64,000 bases of DNA, taken from positions 3,384 through 67,383 of the forward strand of contig JABDIV010000056.1 in the NCBI GenBank assembly GCA_013003555.1, read 5' to 3'. Position numbers and translations under genes: made by a program. Under the pieces are notes generated by a model. That model made no database searches, was not told the DNA's origin, and saw only the letters and a program-made list of their open reading frames with translations. Below are positions 57,246 through 64,000 of this stretch, one piece after another. Origin of the DNA: Flavobacteriaceae bacterium. GTDB taxonomy: Bacteria; Bacteroidota; Bacteroidia; Flavobacteriales; Flavobacteriaceae. How positions within the stretch are numbered: the stretch's first letter is position 1; each line of letters opens with the position of its first letter.

Positions 57246-59087
57246 TTAATAGTTCAAATAGACCCATCCTGTCATGGATTTATAACTTGGGTCATTGAGA
57301 TGGAGCACGTAGAAGTATGTGCCAACCGGTACGCGTTTGCCCGATGCGTTGAGTCCGCTGTTCGATCGTCCGTACCATTTTAAATTGTTATTCCCTTCGA
57401 AAATCAGAGTTCCATAACGATTATAAATCAATAGCTTGTGGTCTTCAAAAATGTCATAAAGACCTTGAATATTGAACCAGTCATTAAAACCATCATCATT
57501 TGGAGAAAAGCCCTGAGGAATGAACGGCGGACAATTTTCAACGATTAAATCGAATTTAAAAAGTTGATCACAAGGATCATGTTCAATACGCACAAATAAT
57601 GATTGCGGGGACAGATTATTGATAAAATTCATCGCGTTAAAAATTGGGTTTACCTGACTAAGCGCGTCCTCTTCGCTTAAATAAAATGTGGATTGATCGA
57701 TATTGTATTCTGAAGGAATAAATTCAAGACTATTGGTAAGGTCAAATCGCCCGGTATTGAATCCCGAATCACAACTAAGCAAATCAGGCAAAGTAATCAC
57801 AGGTTCGGAAGCCAATACCTCGATGGTACTCTGGTCGGAATTATTGGTTTCATTAGTTTCATTGATCATTCCGAAACCGGATCCGTCATCGTCGATCACA
57901 GCAATTAAGTTGAGCAATGATCCATCCGTGATCGGCAAGGAAACCGTTATACTTCCATCTTCAAACCCACCGATGGGGATGTCGTTTAAGGTAAACGCCT
58001 GGGTGATCAATTCGCCTTCGATGTAAAAAGCTATGGCCGTGTTAGCCGGCAGAACATCTGTACTGTTGGTGTTAAAGACGGTGTAGCTTATAACAACTTC
58101 TGTACTATTGCACTGCAGACTTACATCGGTAATTTCAATAGTCGCATCGGGCAATTGGCTGTTTAATACAGTAATGACATTATTGAGGATGATAAGATCA
58201 GCCCTGAAATTTCCAGTTTCATCAAAATCACCGGTGGTCAGGGAAATAATTGCTGAAGTATCTCCGACATCGATATTATTTTGGATATCATAAACATCGA
58301 GATCAGCATTATAGAAGGTAGTCGAGTTAGTAAAACTATTCGTGCCGTTAAATGCATTGTCGCTTAAGTTTAATGGCGGGTTCGATAAAATATTGTCATT
58401 GATGGAGAGAGACTCACCGTAATTCAAGGCATCGTCGCCTTCCCACGCTAAAAAACCGATTTTCGCCCCGATATTATCTAGGACATTAATATTGTCGAGT
58501 AAGATAGTCTTCTCGGTAACATTGGTATTGATGATTTCCAGGCCCTGAAACAGGCTCACCTGGTTCAATGGCAGGGACATGTCTTCATAAATCACATAAA
58601 GGCTCCAACCTGCAAAATTTGTTCGTGTATTGCAATATCCGGGATTGGTCATTAAAGTTTCTGCGATATCCAGGTTGGCTAAGGTGTAGGTTGTATTTCC
58701 AAGTTCTGCGATAATTTCGGTTACATCGGCAAAGCATGAAAAGTAAATTAACTCACCTGAACTGGAGTCGAAAGAAACACTATAATCGATTTCTGAGATA
58801 ACGTTCAAGTCGTTCAATGACACTTCCGTATCGGCAACACCTGAACCGGCCCAATAGAGATAAGCCGACAGCAGTTGCTGATCGCTTTCCAAGAAAAGAT
58901 CGGCTGAAGAACCGGGCAAGATCTCACAAAAACTACCGTCGAGATTGTTTTCAAATTGGTTTAGTGTGTTTCCAATGGCGAGGTAATCATAGCGACCATT
59001 GAATTGCTGAAATAATTCAATATTCTGACTCCATAATGAAATTGGTAAAATCAGGATACAGATAGTTATGGCGATTGAATGTCGCAT
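57246..59087 (-). CDS. T9SS type-B cargo protein (lectin-like N-domain, CARDB-like domain, 1 repeat module, CTD)
   Basis: Signal peptide, a CARDB-like stretch ending in INETNETNNS, then QGFSPNDDGFNDWF ... IYNRYGTLI ... WYG CTD motifs. Confidence 0.85.
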   Translation of the reverse strand: MRHSIAITICILILPISLWSQNIELFQQFNGRYDYLAIGNTLNQFENNLDGSFCEILPGSSADLFLESDQQLLSAYLYWAGSGVADTEVSLNDLNVISEIDYSVSFDSSSGELIYFSCFADVTEIIAELGNTTYTLANLDIAETLMTNPGYCNTRTNFAGWSLYVIYEDMSLPLNQVSLFQGLEIINTNVTEKTILLDNINVLDNIGAKIGFLAWEGDDALNYGESLSINDNILSNPPLNLSDNAFNGTNSFTNSTTFYNADLDVYDIQNNIDVGDTSAIISLTTGDFDETGNFRADLIILNNVITVLNSQLPDATIEITDVSLQCNSTEVVISYTVFNTNSTDVLPANTAIAFYIEGELITQAFTLNDIPIGGFEDGSITVSLPITDGSLLNLIAVIDDDGSGFGMINETNETNNSDQSTIEVLASEPVITLPDLLSCDSGFNTGRFDLTNSLEFIPSEYNIDQSTFYLSEEDALSQVNPIFNAMNFINNLSPQSLFVRIEHDPCDQLFKFDLIVENCPPFIPQGFSPNDDGFNDWFNIQGLYDIFEDHKLLIYNRYGTLIFEGNNNLKWYGRSNSGLNASGKRVPVGTYFYVLHLNDPSYKSMTGWVYLNY

Positions 59088-59117
59088 CAGCCAGGTTTTC
59101 GATTTGGTTAAGCTAAG

Positions 59118-62100
59118 TTAGCGTTTTAAAGCGAAGTGGCTTGAAAAAACCCTGCCGTCCTCCAGGGTAACAACAAACCAGTAATCATTTGATGGCATCT
59201 TAGAACCGTTAAATGTCCCATCCCAACCAGGGCCGTTTGGATTGACCTGCTTCAGTAATTTTCCGTAACGATCGAAAATGTAAATGGTACTGTTTGTTTG
59301 GAAAGAGCTGCCAACACCATATACCTGCCAGAAATCATGATACGAATCACCGTTTGGTGTGAAAAACTTTGGAAAGCCGATTACCGAAACGATTTTTTCA
59401 ACAATTCCACAACCGTTTTTATCACGAACATAAACGGTATGCAGACCCGGGGCTACATTATCAAAGAAATTACTATCCTGATAAGGTCCACCACTCTCGT
59501 CTAAGGCATATTCATAGTCGCCTTCCCCTGAAACATTCACTGTTATACTATTATTGGTTGATGCATCGACTACAGAGATCGATTCAAAAGTGGCTATATT
59601 CGAAGGCAATACGTTAATTGTGCGCTCCTTCGAACAACCGTCGGCATTCGTCACGATGACGGTATAAGTTCCCGCTTCATTTACCTCGATTTCCTGGGTC
59701 ATTTCACCGGTTGACCAGGAATAGGTATAATCGAGTTCCGATCCACTGAGCAATCCGCTATCCAGAGTGATGGTTTCGGGATAATAATTCAAACAATAGA
59801 TGCGTTCTTCTTCGGTTTCGATTTGCGGAAGTCCATAAACCACCAGTTGAAGTTCACTGATACCATAGCAGGCATTATCGTTCTCGACCCTGACAAAAAG
59901 GATTTGGTTGTATGGATTCGTATTCATATATGAATCGGGAAGATCATTGATCTCCAACAATGCATCCTCATAACTCGCATAATACTTTAGTAAAACCGTC
60001 TCAGTTATGTTCGCCGTTATTGCCGCCGATGCATCCGAAAGGGTGAAGGTCTGAATGCCATCTTCAACACCGTCATCGTCACACAAGCTAAGAAACGTAT
60101 CCGTCGAATCGGTAGCGGTGACATCTAATGTAAGTTCAGATATTCTGAAACAACCTGTTATTGAATTGATTACCCGAACATAAATTATTTCAGGATTAAC
60201 AATATTGCTGTATGAATTGCCATCGATTTCATTGGTGTCGTTTTCGGCATCAGCCAGACTTGGATAGAATTTTGTAATTCGGTCATCAAATCCACCGGTT
60301 AGTTCCCCGTTTGCCTCGGTGAGATTAAATAAGGTAAAGCCGTCGGGGTTTCCATCTTCATCACATTGGAATAGTTCGCTGTTAAAAGCCTCAGGAACCC
60401 GATTAATAATAAGTTCAAAGGATGTTATATCATAGCAGTCGGTATTGTTGTTATTCTCAATTCTTACCCAAATGGTTTGCTGGTCTGGAATTGTGTTGTA
60501 ATAAGAAAGCGCGAGTGCAGCTGTGCCCGTTTCCGCATCGGTTTGCGAACTGTGATAACTCACGCTAAACAATGTAGGATCTTGTCCGTTTAAAACCAGT
60601 GGTGTGACATTACTCAGATCGGTAGTCGATTGACCGTTCGTATCGTCACCATCATCATCATCGTCACAATATTCAATATCTCCGGGATTATTTGCAACTG
60701 GAGAATCAAACACCGTTAAATTGAATGAAGTGGTGTCATAGCAGCTGGAATTATTAACATTTTCAATACGTACGAAGATCTGCTGTGGATTGGTTGTATT
60801 GACCAATGGTAATGGCAGCTGATTAAACCCACCAAGATCTGCATCAGCCTGGGTGAGATAATAGGTAATCGAAAAAAGAGCAGGATCTTGTGTATCCAAT
60901 ATTTCAGCGGTGGTTTCAACGAAATCAAAACTAAAGAAACCATCATTATCGGTATCACAGATAAGGAGATCGCCAGGCGTATTTGCGACCGGTACGTCAT
61001 GAACCGTTACAAAGGCCTGACCTTCAACAAAGCAATCACCGGTATTAGGATCGATAATGAGCTCATAATGTCCCGTTTCATCGACTACCAGGTCAAAATC
61101 GGTTTCCGGAAGGACCACTTCATCTCTCAGCCAGGTGTAGGTTGCACCTGGAATGTCTTCACTTATCAGAGTGTAAGTTTCGCCATCACAGAGGTCTAGA
61201 TTAGTCGTGCTCTGACCATTTTGGATGATATCGATTTCAAGATTAAATAAGGTTTGATCGAAGGGTGGTAAGCCTTGTGAGGACAGATTAGGAAAAAGAT
61301 CTATTGCTGTATGGTTATAGTTACAGGCCGCTCCTTGTTCATTAGGGTTGTTGATCACCCCTAAAAAAGGTATGCCCTGGTTATATGTAGCACTTAGAGC
61401 TCTGTAAATACGACCATCAGGACCAAGTTGCAAACCGCCGCGGTAAAGTTGGCGTTCATCTACAATATACTCACTTGCCTGGATATCAGCAGCCTCCAAA
61501 TCAAACTGCGCCAGAGTTGAGGCATGGCTGGCAGGATCATTAAAAGAGGCATCCTGTGCGGTATAATTATTTGAAGCATGTACATACAAAAAGCGATTAT
61601 TGGGCGAAAACTCGAGTCCGTATGGGCTCGGACTATTTGTACTGATACTTAAAGTTTGCTGATTGCTCACTATTCCGGTTTGGGAATCGAAATCATACAG
61701 ATATACAACATCATCGAACAGACCTGTTCCGAAGGTGCCATCCATATTTGCGCATGCCATTTTCAAACCGTCAGGTGATAACTTCAGATAGCCACGCCTG
61801 TCGGAAATGTTTATCGGAAACGTTGATTTAACGGATGTTGAATTTACGCCCGTATCGGTTACTTGAAAGGCATGATAGGTATCGAAGGTATTTAAATCGC
61901 CATTCTGTGACGCAAGGGTCACCACCCATACCGAGTTATCGACACAATCTTTTAAAACAGCACTGATCTTTTCTGAACATCTTGCCAGCAGATTAAAATT
62001 CTTAACGGTAACACTTCCGAGTCCGCCATCAAGAGTAATATCAACTTCGGAATAATTCAGGCCTGAATCGATTGATCCCGCCGGAAACCCCGTGTCAACT

Positions 62101-62447
62101 GTGAAGATATAGTAGATATTGATATCGTTAGGTTTAGGCACAATAATGGCTGATTGGGTGCTGGAAGAATTACCAAATAATCCGGTACCGTTATCCATTA
62201 CCTGGTGATTGCGGTTAAAGACAGTTGTACCGTCAGTATAAAAGAGTAATTCTCCGGTACTGCTTGAAATAGAAGCACAACCTTCGTTGGTTGTCAATTG
62301 ACCATCATTCACAGGCGTCACTGTACCTGTGGCCTGATTGAATTGAAGACCTGCACCAAAACCAAAATACCAATTGGAAGCTTCACCTTGGGCGAAGGCA
62401 GAGGTGGTACACCATAGTGCCAGCAGTATGAGCAATAATCTTTTCAA
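59118..62447 (-). CDS. T9SS type-B cargo protein (propeller-like N-region, 4 repeat modules, Ig-like segments, CTD)
   Basis: TTG start, signal peptide MKRLLLILLALWCTTSAFAQ, and a SNWYFG N-terminal motif. CTD motifs are FPKFFTPNGDSYHDFW, IFDRYGKLL, GWDGTFNG and NDYWF. Confidence 0.88.
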   Translation of the reverse strand: MKRLLLILLALWCTTSAFAQGEASNWYFGFGAGLQFNQATGTVTPVNDGQLTTNEGCASISSSTGELLFYTDGTTVFNRNHQVMDNGTGLFGNSSSTQSAIIVPKPNDINIYYIFTVDTGFPAGSIDSGLNYSEVDITLDGGLGSVTVKNFNLLARCSEKISAVLKDCVDNSVWVVTLASQNGDLNTFDTYHAFQVTDTGVNSTSVKSTFPINISDRRGYLKLSPDGLKMACANMDGTFGTGLFDDVVYLYDFDSQTGIVSNQQTLSISTNSPSPYGLEFSPNNRFLYVHASNNYTAQDASFNDPASHASTLAQFDLEAADIQASEYIVDERQLYRGGLQLGPDGRIYRALSATYNQGIPFLGVINNPNEQGAACNYNHTAIDLFPNLSSQGLPPFDQTLFNLEIDIIQNGQSTTNLDLCDGETYTLISEDIPGATYTWLRDEVVLPETDFDLVVDETGHYELIIDPNTGDCFVEGQAFVTVHDVPVANTPGDLLICDTDNDGFFSFDFVETTAEILDTQDPALFSITYYLTQADADLGGFNQLPLPLVNTTNPQQIFVRIENVNNSSCYDTTSFNLTVFDSPVANNPGDIEYCDDDDDGDDTNGQSTTDLSNVTPLVLNGQDPTLFSVSYHSSQTDAETGTAALALSYYNTIPDQQTIWVRIENNNNTDCYDITSFELIINRVPEAFNSELFQCDEDGNPDGFTLFNLTEANGELTGGFDDRITKFYPSLADAENDTNEIDGNSYSNIVNPEIIYVRVINSITGCFRISELTLDVTATDSTDTFLSLCDDDGVEDGIQTFTLSDASAAITANITETVLLKYYASYEDALLEINDLPDSYMNTNPYNQILFVRVENDNACYGISELQLVVYGLPQIETEEERIYCLNYYPETITLDSGLLSGSELDYTYSWSTGEMTQEIEVNEAGTYTVIVTNADGCSKERTINVLPSNIATFESISVVDASTNNSITVNVSGEGDYEYALDESGGPYQDSNFFDNVAPGLHTVYVRDKNGCGIVEKIVSVIGFPKFFTPNGDSYHDFWQVYGVGSSFQTNSTIYIFDRYGKLLKQVNPNGPGWDGTFNGSKMPSNDYWFVVTLEDGRVFSSHFALKR

Positions 62448-62594
62448 GCAAATATTTTTTTACTCACCTATTTGATTTTGACTAATCAGGAATAATCAAT
62501 CGCTTTGGCTAAAATTAAAATTGAAGATTTGAAGCGGAGCCAAATTATTCTTAGCCAATCATCACATTTAAAGGCAAAGTAGCCTATAAATATA

Positions 62595-63419
62595 TTATAA
62601 ATCCCGCTTTTTTAATAATCTATACGATAAAAAGATAAATAAGGCTGTCCAACCCAATACGATCGTGATTTCATCCCAATGGACGAGATAATCGTATGCC
62701 ATTTGTTCCTTATCGGGAAATTTTGTCATGGCCAATCGTTGGAATGGTTGATCGATAAGTTTATACATCGATTTAAGCGGAAAGAAATTCTGAATGCGCT
62801 CAGCGATGTCAGTATTGGCCCTCCAGGCGATAATTCCAAAAGTGATCCATTCGGTAACATAAAGGATGAAAAGAAATCCCAATGCAAAAGCAGATCGCTT
62901 TAGCAGCATAGCGCAGAATAAACAAAGGCTGAAAAAGCCAACCAGTTTAATGAAATAGGCCAACAGGAATTCTGTTTCTCTAATAATGATATTAAACTCC
63001 GTATAGCTTGAATAATACAGCCCTATTGATATCGTTATTAGCAGAATCAGAATAGTTGATATGAGCGAAAAGAATACTATCGTATAAAATTTTGAAAGAA
63101 TAAATTCCTTTTTACTTAGTCCGTCGATGAGGTTCTGCTTAAGCGTACGGTTGCTGTATTCGTTACCGATCATGCTAACAACAACAATAGCAAAGAAAAA
63201 TTTGAACTGTGCGGCGAAGAAAGTTGTAAGGTGCCAGACTATCGGAAAATTAAAAATGCCCAATTCTCCTAATTCCAAAGTAAAAATGCCAAAGAAATTG
63301 ATTTTTAGAGATGAGAGCAGTATGACAAAGAATGGCAGGATAAAGGATACGAAAATCAAGACCTTGCTCCAGCGATTCAAGAGTAATTTCTGTAATTCAA
63401 GATTTAGAAGACGGATCAT
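62595..63419 (-). CDS. ABC-2-type transporter permease
   Basis: 274 aa with about six TM helices. Directly downstream of the ABC ATPase gene on the same strand. Confidence 0.7.
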   Translation of the reverse strand: MIRLLNLELQKLLLNRWSKVLIFVSFILPFFVILLSSLKINFFGIFTLELGELGIFNFPIVWHLTTFFAAQFKFFFAIVVVSMIGNEYSNRTLKQNLIDGLSKKEFILSKFYTIVFFSLISTILILLITISIGLYYSSYTEFNIIIRETEFLLAYFIKLVGFFSLCLFCAMLLKRSAFALGFLFILYVTEWITFGIIAWRANTDIAERIQNFFPLKSMYKLIDQPFQRLAMTKFPDKEQMAYDYLVHWDEITIVLGWTALFIFLSYRLLKKRDL

Positions 63420-63433
63420 GTGGCTGGTCGGTA

Positions 63434-63999
63434 TTAAATTTCGGACTTATCGGTTAATTGCAGGAATTGTTCCTCAAGGCTCTCCTTACGCTTAACGAGA
63501 TGTGAAAGGATTATCCCATTTTCAAAAGTAAAACGGTTCATTTCTGATGCTTCCATAGGATTATTTAAAAAGGCTGTAATCAGGCCGTTTTCATCAGAGA
63601 TTTTTTCGATTGCATCATTCGAGTCCAGTAGTTTTTTCAAAGCGTCATGATCATCGCATTTCATCTCAAAGAATCCATGACTGGAAATCATTTCATCAAC
63701 ACGCCCCGAATACAATTTTTCACCTTTACTAAGCACAACCACATGACTGCAAACCTTTTCAACTTCATCGAGTAAATGCGAGGCTAACAGAATAGTTGTA
63801 CCGTTTATTGCAATGTCTTTTATGATCTGCCTGATCTGATGTATACCTTGTGGATCAAGGCCATTGGTCGGTTCGTCAAGAATTAATATCTCGGGATCGT
63901 TAAGCAAGGCCGAGGCGATAGCCAGTCGTTGTTTCATTCCCAGGGAAAAGGTCCTGAATTTGCTGTCTTTACGATTGAGAAGTCCGACGATTTCTAAAT
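63434..63999 (-). CDS. ABC transporter ATP-binding protein (5' end outside window; apparent 1-nt frameshift near 63958-63961)
   Basis: Signature/Walker B region FSLGMKQRLAIASALLNDPEILILDEPTNGLDP and H-loop LLASHLL. The upstream piece NLEIVGLLNRKDS is in a different frame. Confidence 0.85.
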   Translation of the reverse strand, partial: LEIVGLLNRKDSKFRTFSLGMKQRLAIASALLNDPEILILDEPTNGLDPQGIHQIRQIIKDIAINGTTILLASHLLDEVEKVCSHVVVLSKGEKLYSGRVDEMISSHGFFEMKCDDHDALKKLLDSNDAIEKISDENGLITAFLNNPMEASEMNRFTFENGIILSHLVKRKESLEEQFLQLTDKSEI

Positions 64000-64000
64000 T

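Overview
This looks like an ordinary chromosomal segment of an AT-rich Bacteroidota genome, most likely Flavobacteriia-like. The pointers are T9SS type-B sorting domains, a tmRNA tag reading GENNYALAA, TAnnTTTG -7 boxes, a DUF6090-type gene, and the rsfS-ftsH-LUD-cdsA-psd synteny.

Bases 1-25,400 are dense housekeeping. They hold valS, phospholipid synthesis genes, ftsH, birA, pyrE, coaD, ddl, rluD, yaaA, ribosomal protein THX, and a complete trpEGDCFBA operon.

Bases 25,600-50,300 mix housekeeping genes (ssrA/tmRNA, csp, lysA, sucC, cysH) with small accessory modules. These include a MarR/thiol-redox/rhodanese cluster, a sugar-1-kinase plus nucleotidyltransferase pair, an orphan GAF histidine kinase, a 1048-aa BNR-repeat protein and a Rieske oxygenase.

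Bases 50,256-63,999 contain uvrB, then a roughly 10-kb block of three giant T9SS type-B cargo genes downstream of an ABC-2 transporter.

I found no rRNA, tRNA, CRISPR array, transposase, integrase or recognisable defence system. I cannot point to a clear multi-gene novel system. The best candidates for follow-up are:
- the giant-cargo locus, built from about 16 copies of a ~95-aa two-cysteine module I cannot name, lacking an adjacent PorP/SprF partner, and with one gene broken by a 1-nt frameshift;
- an unlisted trp leader peptide (MKTIELNTWWWTSRDNVS) with an attenuator hairpin;
- a THX ribosomal protein fused to a histone-H1-like tail encoded by a 24-bp tandem repeat;
- a 52-bp GC-rich hairpin repeat beside ssrA.

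All calls come from reading the sequence and ORF translations by eye; no searches or folding were run. The printed sequence ends at base 63,999 by my count, not 64,000.
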